Position numbers and translations under genes: made by a program
Part shown: in pieces, positions 27,267 to 37,038 of the stretch
Position numbering within the stretch: position 1 is the stretch's first letter
Layout: each line of letters opens with the position of its first letter
The notes under the pieces: generated by a model
Database searches by the model: none
What the model was told of the DNA's origin: nothing
The model's input: only the letters and a program-made list of their open reading frames with translations
Assembly (NCBI GenBank): GCA_018699415.1
Contig: JABIQM010000086.1
Coordinates: 2,449 to 66,448 of the forward strand
DNA length: 64,000 nucleotides
Origin: Acidimicrobiaceae bacterium
Lineage (GTDB): Bacteria; Actinomycetota; Acidimicrobiia; Acidimicrobiales; Aldehydirespiratoraceae
Reading direction: 5' to 3'

Positions 27267-27337
27267 AGCTTTTCCAACGAGGGAGTCGGCCCCGCTCGCC
27301 TTCGTCGGCGCAAAACGTGAGGCGCTAGCATTGCGGG

Positions 27338-28318
27338 GTGAGTTTTCCGCAGCGTCGCCTTCGTCGCCTTCGTCGTACTCCTGCCCTTCGGCGGATGGTC
27401 CGTGAAACACGGCTTCATCCCGATGATCTGATTGCGCCGCTTTTCGTGCGTGAAGGCATTGATGAGCCGCAACCGATTGGATCCTTGCCGGGCCAGATGC
27501 AGCACTCTCGTGAGTCGTTGCGCGAAGAGGTTCGCCAACTCAAGGACCTCGGCGTTCCTGCGGTGATGTTGTTTGGCGTTCCGCTGAACAAGGATCATGA
27601 GGGGACCGAGGCGTTCAACCCGGATGGCATTGTGCAACTGGCGATCCAGGATCTGCGCGATGACCATGGTGACGACCTCGTGATCATCCCCGACCTTTGC
27701 GTCGACGAATACACCGACCACGGCCACTGTGGCGTGCTCGACGATCTCGGTCAGCCCGACAACGATGCCACTCTTGAAATCTATGAGCAGATAGCAGTTG
27801 TCCAGGCCGCCGCCGGAGCCGACATTGTGGCTCCGAGCGGAATGATGGACGGTCAAGTATTCGCTATTCGTGAAGCGCTTGATGACGCCGGCTTTGATGA
27901 GGTTGCCATCCTCGCCTATGCGGCAAAGTACGCCACGGCTCTCTATGGCCCTTTTCGGGACGCGGTCGATGTCACCATTGTCGGTGGCGGTGACCGGAGG
28001 GGCTACCAGCAAGATGTTGCCAACGCCCGCGAGGCGATGGAAGAGATCCGCGAGGACATTGGCGAAGGCGCGGACATCGTCATGGTCAAGCCCGCCATGC
28101 CCTACCTCGACGTGATTTCCCGAGTTCGCCAGGAGATCGACATCCCGTTAGCGGCGTATCACGTGAGCGGTGAGTATGCGATGGTTCATGCCGCTGCTCA
28201 GAACGGTTGGCTCGAGCTTGAGCCCGTGGCGTTTGAACACATCGGTGCGATCAAGCGAGCCGGTGCCGATCTCATTCTCACCTACTTCTCCCGACTCATC
28301 GCCGAAGGATTGCAGTGA
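27338..28318 (+). CDS. hemB: porphobilinogen synthase (5-aminolevulinate dehydratase)
   Basis: 326 aa. RRLRRLRRTPALRRMVRET N-terminus, active-site lysines context (VMVKPA), and metal motif DLCVDEYTDHGHCG. Confidence 0.95.
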   Translation: MSFPQRRLRRLRRTPALRRMVRETRLHPDDLIAPLFVREGIDEPQPIGSLPGQMQHSRESLREEVRQLKDLGVPAVMLFGVPLNKDHEGTEAFNPDGIVQLAIQDLRDDHGDDLVIIPDLCVDEYTDHGHCGVLDDLGQPDNDATLEIYEQIAVVQAAAGADIVAPSGMMDGQVFAIREALDDAGFDEVAILAYAAKYATALYGPFRDAVDVTIVGGGDRRGYQQDVANAREAMEEIREDIGEGADIVMVKPAMPYLDVISRVRQEIDIPLAAYHVSGEYAMVHAAAQNGWLELEPVAFEHIGAIKRAGADLILTYFSRLIAEGLQ

Positions 28319-29574
28319 CCACTACCAATGCCAGCCTTTTCGAACGCGCTCAGGCTGTCATCCCTGGCGGGGTGAATTCGCCAGTTCGAGCCTTTGGCTC
28401 GGTCGGGGGCATTCCTTACTTTGTGGCGCGAGCTGAGGGTCCGTTTGTGTATGACGTCGAGGGACGCCGCTACATCGACTATGTCCAGAGCTACGGTCCG
28501 TCGATTCTCGGCCACGCCCATCCGGCGATCATCGGCGCCATCCAGGATGCTGCGGTTCGCGGAACTAGCTATGGGGCTCCGACGGAGAATGAGGTTCTCA
28601 TCGCCGAGGAGATGACTTCCCGGGTCGCAGGAATGGACAAGGTACGGCTTGTGTCGAGCGGCACCGAGGCCACGATGTCGGCAATACGGCTTGCTCGCGG
28701 TGCCACCGGCCGCGACAAGATCATCAAGTTTGCCGGCAACTATCACGGCCATTCCGACTCGCTGCTCGTGGCCGGCGGCTCGGGCATCGCCCAGCAGGGT
28801 CTCGTCGGGTCTGAAGGTGTAACTGCCGGAGCGGTCGCTGACACCGTGGTTGCGCCCTACAACGTTGTGCCTGAGATCGATGAGAGCGTTGCGGTTGTTT
28901 GCGTCGAGCCGATCGCCGCCAATATGGGTCTTGTTGGCCCGGCTCCTGGCTTTCTCGAAGGTCTTCGTGACGCCTGCGACGCCGCTGGAGCGTTGCTGAT
29001 GTTTGATGAGGTCATCACCGGCTTCCGCCTTTGTCGCGGGGGCGCGGCTGAGTGGTTCGGCGTACAGCCTGATATCTGGTGCTTTGGCAAAGTCATCGGC
29101 GGTGGTCTCCCCATGGGTGCCTTCGGCGCCTCTCACCAGATCATGGGCAACCTCGCCCCGCTCGGCGGCGTCTATCAGGCTGGCACTCTGTCCGGGAATC
29201 CGTTGGCAACGGCCGCGGGCCTTACTGCCATGCAACACCTGACTGTCGAGGCCTATGACGAACTCGCTGCCATCGCCGCCCGCCTCGCAGACGGCATGCA
29301 GGCCGCCTTCGATACAGCGGGTGTGGCCGCCGTCGTCCCCCGGATTGGTCCGCTCGTTGGTTTGTTCTTCGGCGACACTGCCCCAACTGACTTCGACAGT
29401 GCCAAGGCGATCTGCGACAACGGCGTCTACGCCAAGTTCTTCCACGGCATGCTTGACCGCGGGATCACGCTCGCGCCGGGCGCTTACGAGGCAATTTTCC
29501 CGTCGCTGGCGCACACCGATGCGGAGATCGACGAGACTCTCGTTGCTGTCGCCGAGGTCGCAGCTGGCCTCTAA
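28315..29574 (+). CDS. hemL: glutamate-1-semialdehyde 2,1-aminomutase
   Basis: 419 aa. LFERAQAVIPGGVNSPVRAF start and DEVITGFR...FGKVIGGGLP (PLP lysine region). Confidence 0.95.
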   Translation: MTTTNASLFERAQAVIPGGVNSPVRAFGSVGGIPYFVARAEGPFVYDVEGRRYIDYVQSYGPSILGHAHPAIIGAIQDAAVRGTSYGAPTENEVLIAEEMTSRVAGMDKVRLVSSGTEATMSAIRLARGATGRDKIIKFAGNYHGHSDSLLVAGGSGIAQQGLVGSEGVTAGAVADTVVAPYNVVPEIDESVAVVCVEPIAANMGLVGPAPGFLEGLRDACDAAGALLMFDEVITGFRLCRGGAAEWFGVQPDIWCFGKVIGGGLPMGAFGASHQIMGNLAPLGGVYQAGTLSGNPLATAAGLTAMQHLTVEAYDELAAIAARLADGMQAAFDTAGVAAVVPRIGPLVGLFFGDTAPTDFDSAKAICDNGVYAKFFHGMLDRGITLAPGAYEAIFPSLAHTDAEIDETLVAVAEVAAGL

Positions 29575-29599
29575 TACGCACTACGAACAAGGATTGAGT

Positions 29600-30376
29600 A
29601 TGAGCAAGAAGACACTGTTTGGTGGAGTGCTGGCGGTTGTAGCGGTTCTTGGAATCGTGGTGTGGTGGTTTGTTTTTAACGGCGATGCGCCGGACGAAGT
29701 GTCGGTTGATGCCGCCAGTGCGCAGTTGGATGAGGATCTTGCTGCTGCGGCAGGTGATGATTCAGATGATGCCGTGCCCGATGATGCCGTGCCCGATGAT
29801 GCCGTGCCCGATGATGGCGACGTCAATGCAACCTGGATTATCGATGATGAGATCGGTTCGTTCGACTTTGAGACCGCCAGCGGCAGCTTTGCTGGCTTCC
29901 GGGTTGATGAAGAGCTCACGGTCGGCGCGGTTGTCGCCGTCGGCCGCAGCGGTGGCGTCACTGGCGCACTTACCATCGAGGGTGGCAGCCTCACCGCTGC
30001 GAACATCGTTGTCGACATGACCACGATCATCTCCAACGATCAGCGACGCGAGAGCGCCATTCGTAGAACTATCGACGCCAGCAGCTTCCCGACTGCCAGT
30101 TTCACGCTGACCCAGCCGGTCGAACTGCCCGCTGGTCTTGCTGATGGAGAGACCGTGACCGTCGCCGCTGTTGGAGATCTCACCATCGCAGCAACAACCA
30201 ACGAGGTGACGTTTACCATTACGGCGGTCCTGCGTGCCGACGGCTTCGGCATCGTTACCGGCTCGGCTGGGATGGTATGGCAAGACTTTGGCATTACTCC
30301 GCCGTCAGCCCCGGTCGTCGTTTCGATCGCGGATGAGGGCGTTATTGAGTTCCAGCTCATCGTTACCAAGGGGTAG
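29600..30376 (+). CDS. membrane-anchored YceI-like domain protein with acidic DDAVP repeats
   Basis: Track ORF 29255-30376 trimmed to the ATG at 29600, after the hemL stop. Has an N-terminal TM (LFGGVLAVVAVLGIVVWWFVF) and a YceI-like body (SFAGFRVDEEL...GDLTI...FQL). Confidence 0.8.
   Translation: MSKKTLFGGVLAVVAVLGIVVWWFVFNGDAPDEVSVDAASAQLDEDLAAAAGDDSDDAVPDDAVPDDAVPDDGDVNATWIIDDEIGSFDFETASGSFAGFRVDEELTVGAVVAVGRSGGVTGALTIEGGSLTAANIVVDMTTIISNDQRRESAIRRTIDASSFPTASFTLTQPVELPAGLADGETVTVAAVGDLTIAATTNEVTFTITAVLRADGFGIVTGSAGMVWQDFGITPPSAPVVVSIADEGVIEFQLIVTKG
29765..29816 (+). repeat. in-frame 15-nt tandem repeat GATGATGCCGTGCCC, three exact copies plus a partial copy
   Basis: Exact copies at 29765-29779, 29780-29794 and 29795-29809, followed by GATGATGGC. 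Encodes DDAVP-DDAVP-DDAVP-DDG. Confidence 0.9.
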
Positions 30377-30416
30377 GCGATCTCAGACCCTGCTGATCCT
30401 GATCACGTGCACCACC

Positions 30417-30674
30417 ATGGCTGTCTCCTTCTTCTCGTTCACAGTCACCAACCAGTTCCCGATCGCCGACTACGGGATCGGGCCGACGGAGATTCGCATG
30501 GGTTACTTCGCCCTCAACACCTTCGTTGCCGCTGTCGGCAGCGAGATCTCCAGCCGGAGTATGCCGGTGATGTTCGCCATGAACGGCGCGGCGTTCCTGA
30601 TCCTGACCGCTCAGACCAGTTGCAATCTCTGGTGGATCGATGACCTAGCCAACGTTGACGGTCAGCAGAGATGA
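30417..30674 (+). CDS. small hydrophobic ORF (85 aa), possibly a truncated remnant of a larger membrane-protein gene
   Basis: Strong GC3 bias in frame. ATGA overlap with the downstream flavoprotein gene. Only 40 nt separate it from the upstream stop, so no room exists for an N-terminal domain. Confidence 0.35.
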   Translation: MAVSFFSFTVTNQFPIADYGIGPTEIRMGYFALNTFVAAVGSEISSRSMPVMFAMNGAAFLILTAQTSCNLWWIDDLANVDGQQR

Positions 30675-31873
30675 CTGCAATCGTTGTCGGCGCGGGCCCG
30701 GCCGGCTTGATGGCTGCTGAACGGCTGGTGACGATGGGTCGTCACGTAACGGTCATCGATCAACGCCGATCATTCGGTCGAACGCTGCTGCTCGCTGGGC
30801 GAAGCGGCCTCAATCTGACGCACAGCGAGCCGCTCGATGATGTTCTGGATCGGTACGGCCCTGGTCGTCCGCAGCTTGAACCGATGATCCGGGCGTTCGA
30901 CCCCGTTGCCCTGCGCGCGTGGGCCGACGAACTCGGAGTTGAGACGTTCGTTGGCTCGAGCGGCCGAGTTTTCCCGGTGGGGCAGAAGGCAACGCCTTTG
31001 CTGCGAGCCTGGCTGGCTCGGCTTGTCGAAGCGGGGGTGGAGTTTCGAACCGGACTTGCCTGGTCAGGGTTCGTTGATGGTGGGATCTCTGCTGTTGACG
31101 AGGATGGATCGACGCAGGAACTCCGGGCCGATGGGGTCGTGCTCGCCCTTGGCGGCGGGAATTGGCCGCGGGTCGGAGGTGATGGGAGCTGGATCAAGAT
31201 CCTGCGAGACGCCGGTGTCGAGTGTGTTGATCTCGCCGCTGCGAACGCAGGAGTTCTCGTCGATTGGACCCCCAAGCATCTCGCTGACTTTGAAGGTGAA
31301 CCGCTAAAGAATGTGGCGGTCTCGATCGCCGACCAGACCATCCGGGGCGAACCCGTGGTCACCCGCGGCGGACTCGAAGGTGGGCCCATCTATGGGCTCG
31401 GACCGCAGATACGAGATGAGCTCAGCCGAAACCGCACGGCAACGATCCAGATTGATCTGCTCCCCGACGTTTCGCACAATGGCCTGGGCATTCGGCTCGA
31501 AACGAAACGCCCGAAGGACAGTGTCTCGACATACCTTCGCCGAGCCGGAATCAAGCCCGTCGGTATCTCTCTTCTGCGTGAAGCCACCGGCAATCGGTTG
31601 CCCGACGATCGAGTCGGAATGGCGGCGCTCGTCAAGGCGGTCCCGGTGCTGATCACGGCGATGGCCTCGATCGATCGAGCGATCTCGACCGCAGGTGGCG
31701 TTGCATGGTCAGCGGTTGACGAGTCCCTCCAGCTGAATGCGTGTCCCGGCGTCTATGTCGCTGGCGAGATGCTCGACTGGGAAGCCCCAACCGGCGGCTA
31801 CCTCCTCCAGGCCTGCTTCAGCACCGGAGCCTGGGCCGGGCGGTTCGGTCGAGGCGAGTCCGATGTTGCGTGA
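30671..31873 (+). CDS. HI0933/BaiN-like NAD(P)/FAD-dependent flavoprotein
   Basis: 400 aa. IVVGAGPAGLMAAE dinucleotide motif, SGRVFP, and C-terminal YVAGEMLDWEAPTGGYLLQACFSTG typical of the HI0933 family. Confidence 0.8.
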   Translation: MTAIVVGAGPAGLMAAERLVTMGRHVTVIDQRRSFGRTLLLAGRSGLNLTHSEPLDDVLDRYGPGRPQLEPMIRAFDPVALRAWADELGVETFVGSSGRVFPVGQKATPLLRAWLARLVEAGVEFRTGLAWSGFVDGGISAVDEDGSTQELRADGVVLALGGGNWPRVGGDGSWIKILRDAGVECVDLAAANAGVLVDWTPKHLADFEGEPLKNVAVSIADQTIRGEPVVTRGGLEGGPIYGLGPQIRDELSRNRTATIQIDLLPDVSHNGLGIRLETKRPKDSVSTYLRRAGIKPVGISLLREATGNRLPDDRVGMAALVKAVPVLITAMASIDRAISTAGGVAWSAVDESLQLNACPGVYVAGEMLDWEAPTGGYLLQACFSTGAWAGRFGRGESDVA

Positions 31874-31971
31874 CGAAATCGATGTGTCGTTCCTGTAGGA
31901 GGCATCGGCGACTGGGACCCCAACTCGAGGTGCCACGAAATCACGCCGGAGTTAGACCAGGCGTTAGGTGG

Positions 31972-32847
31972 TCAGATGTCGATCTTGCCGTTCACGCAGG
32001 TGACAGCGTCGCCGCCGACCCAGATCTCACCGTCGGCTTGGTCGACGAACACTCGCCCCGCCCGACCGAGTGCGGTGCCTTGTGCCGCTACATACGGCGC
32101 AGTGAGGGTGCCGTCGGCTAGTAGCCATTGGGCGAGCGCGGCATTGAGACTGCCGGTGACCGGGTCCTCGGCAGGTTGTCCACCAGCGCGAAAGAAGGCG
32201 CGCACCTCAATGGCGATGTCATCGTCCCTGGCGCCAACGGCTCCGATCTTGGCGGTTCCGATCACCCCGACGGGGCTAGGGCCAACGACGCCGATGTCGT
32301 AGCTTTCCACCGCGCCGAAGTCAGGCTCGAGGGCCAGGACGGCCTCTGCACTGGCAAGGCGCACTGCGATCCAGCCCGGGCCATTGTCGCACCATTGAGC
32401 GTCGAGCACATCGGCACGATCGATCTGAAGGACCAGGCAGACACGGGCGATGTCTCTTTCATCAGCGGGACCACTGCGGATGAGATCGGGGGCTGCGAAC
32501 GCCAGCCGCCCATCTGCTTGACGAAGGTTGACGAGGCCAACCCCGCACTCCTGCACGACGATTCCTTCAGTCGCCGGGATGCCCCCAGCTTCGAGCCAAG
32601 CGTGGCAGGTGCCGATGGTTGGATGGCCGGCGAACGGGAGCTCGGACCCGGGCGTGAAGATGCGGACCCGGTAGTCGGCCGCAGCATCTGTTGGCTGCAG
32701 GATGAACGTGGTCTCGCTCAGGTTCGTCCAATGAGCGAACTGCTGCATCTGTTTATCGGAGAGATCATCGCCGTCGAACACGACAGCCACCGGATTGCCG
32801 CGGTAGGGAACCGCCGTGAATACATCAACTTGCTTGAACGGACGCAT
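31972..32847 (-). CDS. PhzF-family isomerase
   Basis: 291 aa. FKQVDVFTAVPYRGNPVAVVFD and ETTF...FTPGSELPFAGHPTIG motifs. Confidence 0.85.
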   Translation of the reverse strand: MRPFKQVDVFTAVPYRGNPVAVVFDGDDLSDKQMQQFAHWTNLSETTFILQPTDAAADYRVRIFTPGSELPFAGHPTIGTCHAWLEAGGIPATEGIVVQECGVGLVNLRQADGRLAFAAPDLIRSGPADERDIARVCLVLQIDRADVLDAQWCDNGPGWIAVRLASAEAVLALEPDFGAVESYDIGVVGPSPVGVIGTAKIGAVGARDDDIAIEVRAFFRAGGQPAEDPVTGSLNAALAQWLLADGTLTAPYVAAQGTALGRAGRVFVDQADGEIWVGGDAVTCVNGKIDI

Positions 32848-32905
32848 CCGCGAACCGTACTAAGTGACGGGCGGACAGAGAAGACGGCGCCATGCAGCCC
32901 GTGCA

Positions 32906-34540
32906 TTACTTTCGCATGGCCCGATACCTGCGGATCAAAGCGTTGGTGCTGGCATCGTGGTTCAGGGCTGGTTCGTGGTCGGCGGCGAGTTCGGGGATGA
33001 TGGCGGCGGCTAGTACTTTGCCGAGTTCAACCCCCCATTGGTCAAACGAGTTGAGTCCCCACACCACGCCCTGGGTGAACACCTGGTGTTCGTAGAGCGC
33101 CACGAGTTGGCCAAGTACCGAGGGGGTGAGCGACGGCGCCATGATTGTCGTCGATGGCCGGTTACCGGGGAACGTGCGGTGGCTGACCAGCGCCGGGTTG
33201 GTCTCGGTCGCTGCCACCTCAGCGGCGGTCTTGCCGAACGCCAGCGCCTCGGACTGGGCGAGGCAGTTCGCCACCAAGAGATCGTGGTGGGCTTCGACCC
33301 CAGTGAGTTGGTCGTTGGTGTGGTCGGGGGCGCTCATCACAATGAAGTCGGTGGGCACAACTGTGGTGCCCTGATGTAAAAGCTGATGGAACGAGTGCTG
33401 GCCATTTGTCCCCGCCTCGCCCCAGATGATCGGCCCGGTTTCGTACGTGACGGGTTCACCATCAAGCCGCACTCGCTTGCCGTTGCTCTCCATGTCGAGT
33501 TGCTGGAGGTAGGCGGGGAATCGATGGAGGTAGCGGGAGTAGGGCAGGACTGCCCGAGTCGGCAGGTCACAGAATGTGCGGTACCAAACTTCGATGAGTC
33601 CAAGGAGTGCCGGAACGTTTTCTGAGAGTGGGGTCGTGACGAAGTGGTCGTCGACGATCCGAAAGCCATCGAGCATTTCGCTGAACGCCTCGGCCCCGAT
33701 GGCAAGCATGAGTGACAGGCCGATGGCGGAGTCCATCGAGTAGCGGCCGCCCACCCAATCCCAAAAGTCGAACATGTTCGCAGTGTCGATCCCAAAGCCG
33801 GCCACGGCATCAGCGTTGGTGGACACTGCGACGAAGTGTTTGGCGACGGCGTCGTCGCCAAGCCGATCGACCAGCCAGCGACGAGCGGACTGTGCGTTGG
33901 CGAGTGTCTCTTGTGTGGTGAACGTTTTTGACGAGACCACGAACATTGTGGTGGCCGGATCGAGCTCAGAAACGGCTGCGGCGAGGTCGCTGCCGTCGAC
34001 GTTGGACACGAACTTGCAGCGGATACGTGGATGGCGGAACGCGGCGAGCGCCTCGTATGCCATGACGGGGCCGAGGTCGGATCCCCCGATACCGATGTTG
34101 ACGACTGTTTCGATGGGTATGCCGGTCGCACCGACCCAGTCGCCGTCGCGCACCCGATCGGTGAACGCCTCCATCTTGGCAAGCACACGGTGTACGCCCG
34201 GCACGACGTCCTCGCCATCAAGCGTGACCATTTGGCCCATCGGGGCGCGAAGTGCGGTGTGTAGAACCGCTCGGTCCTCCGTCGAGTTGATGCGGTCGCC
34301 ACGCATCATTGCTGTCGCTCGATCAGCTACACCGGTCGTCTCGGCCAGCGCGATCAGGTCGGCCAGCACAGCGGGGTTCACCCGATTCTTTGACAAGTCG
34401 ACGACCAGATCGCCGACTGACAAAGTCATACGGCCGACGCGCTCTGGATCGTCAGCAAAGAGCGACCGCAACTCGAGATCGGCGGAATGTTCGGCGTGGG
34501 TGCAAAGCGCCCGCCATGCGTCAGTCATCGTGATGTCCAC
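32906..34540 (-). CDS. pgi: glucose-6-phosphate isomerase
   Basis: 544 aa. [26 protein letters not shown] and [15 protein letters not shown] motifs. Confidence 0.95.
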   Translation of the reverse strand: MDITMTDAWRALCTHAEHSADLELRSLFADDPERVGRMTLSVGDLVVDLSKNRVNPAVLADLIALAETTGVADRATAMMRGDRINSTEDRAVLHTALRAPMGQMVTLDGEDVVPGVHRVLAKMEAFTDRVRDGDWVGATGIPIETVVNIGIGGSDLGPVMAYEALAAFRHPRIRCKFVSNVDGSDLAAAVSELDPATTMFVVSSKTFTTQETLANAQSARRWLVDRLGDDAVAKHFVAVSTNADAVAGFGIDTANMFDFWDWVGGRYSMDSAIGLSLMLAIGAEAFSEMLDGFRIVDDHFVTTPLSENVPALLGLIEVWYRTFCDLPTRAVLPYSRYLHRFPAYLQQLDMESNGKRVRLDGEPVTYETGPIIWGEAGTNGQHSFHQLLHQGTTVVPTDFIVMSAPDHTNDQLTGVEAHHDLLVANCLAQSEALAFGKTAAEVAATETNPALVSHRTFPGNRPSTTIMAPSLTPSVLGQLVALYEHQVFTQGVVWGLNSFDQWGVELGKVLAAAIIPELAADHEPALNHDASTNALIRRYRAMRK

Positions 34541-34742
34541 CTGGTCTCCTCGACTTCACTTCCTCGACATATCGTCGCTGAGGCATTCAACCCGTTTGCA
34601 CCATGATCGCGGGCGCAACACCGCAGGCAGGTGACCCAGACGCATGAGTTCTTTATCCCATGTTGCCTAGTCCAATGGTTTCTTGGTTCGATACGGGGCA
34701 CTTTGTTGGACTCGTGGATCACGGCGCTGTTACTTTGCGCTC

Positions 34743-35933
34743 ATGAGCATGAGGCCGCCAGTAGAAAATTGGTCCACCGACTGGGATCATCACGCTCCTG
34801 AGTGGGTTGCAGACCCATGGCCGATTTGGGATGAGCTGCGAACGGGTTGCCCGATCGCGCATACCGATCGCTACAACGAGGGGGTGTGGTTGCCGACCCG
34901 CCACGAGGACCTCTCGGCGATCGCTCACGACACGACCGTATTCTCAAGCGGTCATAGCGGCGCAACCATCGGGGGCACGAAGCAGCGAGCGAAGTTTCCG
35001 CCGATTCATCTTGACCCGCCGGAGCACATGGACGTTCGCCGCGAGCTTCTGCCCTTCTTCAACCCGAAGCGGGTAATGGCCTGGGAGCCAGTCATCGAGG
35101 AGCACTGCGAGGGGCTGGCCCGTGAGCTGATCAAACGCGATGTCGTCGACCTTGCGAGCGACTACGCCGCCCATATACCGGCGGCCGTGATAGCGATGAT
35201 TCTTGGTATCTCACCCTCTGACGGCGACCGGTTCCGGCAATGGATTCACGCGCTCGAGCTTGGGGATCTCGATACGGATATACGCGATGTCGCCGTTGGC
35301 GAAATGGCGGCCTACTTCGGCGCGGTGATCAACGAGCGACGAGCTGACCCCCAAGATGATCTGATCAGTTACCTGCTGGAGATTGAGATCGACGGCGAAC
35401 GATTCGACGATGAGACGCTCCAACGAATACTCACCCTGCAGCTCATCGCTGGGATCGACACGACCTGGGGTGTGCTCGGTGCCTCTCTTTTGCATCTGGC
35501 AAAGACGCCCGCCGATCGTGAGCGCCTCGTCGCTGATCCATCGCGTATCCCGAATGCGATTGAGGAGTTTCTCCGAGCGTTCGCGTCGGTGAGTCTTTGG
35601 CGCACAGTCACCCAACCGGTTGAGATCGGTGGCGTAGAGATGGCCGAAGGTGACACGGTGATGATGGCGTTCCCCGCGGCGTGCCGCGACCCTGAACTCT
35701 TTGAGGATGCAGACAAGGTGCTCATCGATCGCGAACGAAACCGCCATGTTGCGTTCGGTGCCGGGATCCATCGGTGCCTTGGTTCGAACCTTGCTCGGCT
35801 CGAACTCAACGTCGGGATTCGTACCTGGCTGGCGCACGCCCCACGCTTCGAACTGGTGGCGGACGCGAACGTGATCTGGGCCGAGGGCGCGATCCGCGGT
35901 CCTCGTTCTGTCCCCGCTCGGGTCATTCGCTGA
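34743..35933 (+). CDS. cytochrome P450
   Basis: Start set to the in-frame ATG at 34743. I-helix AGIDTT, EEFLR (ExxR) and heme-thiolate loop FGAGIHRCLG. Confidence 0.9.
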   Translation: MSMRPPVENWSTDWDHHAPEWVADPWPIWDELRTGCPIAHTDRYNEGVWLPTRHEDLSAIAHDTTVFSSGHSGATIGGTKQRAKFPPIHLDPPEHMDVRRELLPFFNPKRVMAWEPVIEEHCEGLARELIKRDVVDLASDYAAHIPAAVIAMILGISPSDGDRFRQWIHALELGDLDTDIRDVAVGEMAAYFGAVINERRADPQDDLISYLLEIEIDGERFDDETLQRILTLQLIAGIDTTWGVLGASLLHLAKTPADRERLVADPSRIPNAIEEFLRAFASVSLWRTVTQPVEIGGVEMAEGDTVMMAFPAACRDPELFEDADKVLIDRERNRHVAFGAGIHRCLGSNLARLELNVGIRTWLAHAPRFELVADANVIWAEGAIRGPRSVPARVIR

Positions 35934-35941
35934 AAAGGACA

Positions 35942-35967
35942 GAACCCGCCTCCGAGGAGGCGGGTTC
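35942..35967. terminator. bidirectional intrinsic-terminator-like hairpin GAACCCGCCTC-cgag-GAGGCGGGTTC
   Basis: Perfect 11-bp stem with a 4-nt loop between the convergent P450 and cytochrome c genes. On the minus strand the hairpin is followed by TGTCCTTTTCA. Confidence 0.7.
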
Positions 35968-35998
35968 GTATCAGTTCTGGTTCAGCCAAGCGGCCGCA

Positions 35999-36814
35999 TC
36001 AGCCGGCAGCGTGTTCCTCGTCGCCGTCTGCGCCAGCGCGGGCTGTGTCGATGAGGTACTGAAGATCTTCGGCTTGAAGACCGGAGTCAAGGTCAACGCC
36101 CTCTTCCTCCATCACCTGGAGGAGTTCTTCAAGCAGGTGAAGCTCGGCCTCAGCGGCGACATCGTCGAGACCGCCGTGGGTGACTCGCTCGTAGTAGACG
36201 ACGGCGACAAGTTCTTCTGCGGAAAGGCCGCCACCGAACCCGCTCATTTGACCGAAGCTGCCAGGGGTGCGAGCGCCGCCAGAGCGTGCCGGGTCGCCGT
36301 ATGTGGCAGTGCTGGTTCCAGCGGTGCCGTTGGCAACCCATGCGATTTGGCCGGCGATGCCGTCGTAGGCCTCGCCGGCTTCAGCGCTCGGGAAGGTTAA
36401 CAAGACCTGGCCATCGTTGAGTTGACGACCGGTACCGCCGCCTCCAGTGCCACCATGGCAACTGGCGCATTGGCCGCTGTAGATCTCACCACCCTCGACA
36501 AGCAACCCACCTGCATCGGCGGGGGGATTCTCGAGATAGCCCACGTAGTAGATGGCCCACATCGGCAAGAACAACAGCACGGGAATGATCCACGCCGGGA
36601 TTGTCTTGCGCTTCAGGCCGGCCTCGACGTATGGGGCGACGGGCTCGGGGGCCTTCGGCTCCTCGGGGACGGCTGGTGATGCTGCAACAACAGGGGTGGC
36701 AACGGAAGGCGTCGCGGCCGGTGCGGCGTCGCCGCCTCCACCGCCACCTTCGCCAGTAAGGCGAGCGCGGGCTTCGGCCGCTCGTTTCAGCAGATGCTCG
36801 GGAAGTTCGGTCAC
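35999..36814 (-). CDS. membrane-anchored monoheme c-type cytochrome
   Basis: 271 aa with a GTG start. One CxxCH (CASCH), a distal GQMSGFGG Met-ligand region, one TM (IPAWIIPVLLFLPMWAIYYVGY), and the N-terminal motif MTELPEHLLKRAAEARA. Confidence 0.8.
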   Translation of the reverse strand: MTELPEHLLKRAAEARARLTGEGGGGGGDAAPAATPSVATPVVAASPAVPEEPKAPEPVAPYVEAGLKRKTIPAWIIPVLLFLPMWAIYYVGYLENPPADAGGLLVEGGEIYSGQCASCHGGTGGGGTGRQLNDGQVLLTFPSAEAGEAYDGIAGQIAWVANGTAGTSTATYGDPARSGGARTPGSFGQMSGFGGGLSAEELVAVVYYERVTHGGLDDVAAEAELHLLEELLQVMEEEGVDLDSGLQAEDLQYLIDTARAGADGDEEHAAG

Positions 36815-37038
36815 CGTGGTCTCCGGTGCGGGGCTAAGGACAGATTGGGTGCGCCTTCATACAGTCTTCAAGAAGACGAGGATGATGACACAGACCTCTA
36901 GAGGATAGAGGCAGTGTCGCACGTCCGGCTAAGTGGGCGAAGGAATGTCGCGAGATCTGTCGCCGAATGTGTGAAGTTAGAAATTGACATGGTAAACCCT
37001 CCACCCAACCCGAGGGCTTTGGCCTGATGGGACTACAC

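Noticed and set aside
26052-29514. Long minus-strand ORFs 26052-27050, 26972-28012 and 28282-29514 opposite hemD/HAD/hemB/hemL
   Set aside because: They are antisense to genes with unambiguous enzyme signatures. Their translations are low-complexity (R/G/S/A-rich) with no motifs. This is the usual open antisense frame artefact of high GC content.
29765-29816. The tandem repeat considered as a CRISPR-like or minisatellite array
   Set aside because: The 15-nt units are directly adjacent without spacers and lie in frame inside a coding region, so this is not a CRISPR array.
34675-34700. tRNA-like TPsiC motif (GGTTCGATAC) in the pgi-P450 spacer
   Set aside because: No acceptor, D or anticodon stems can be drawn around it, so this is an isolated chance match. 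No other spacer showed a cloverleaf.
36968-36989. TGTGAAGTTAGAAATTGACA as a second Rex box or a -35 element (TTGACA)
   Set aside because: The half-site spacing (10 nt) does not fit TGTGA-N6-TCACA, and no -10-like hexamer lies 16-19 nt downstream of the TTGACA.
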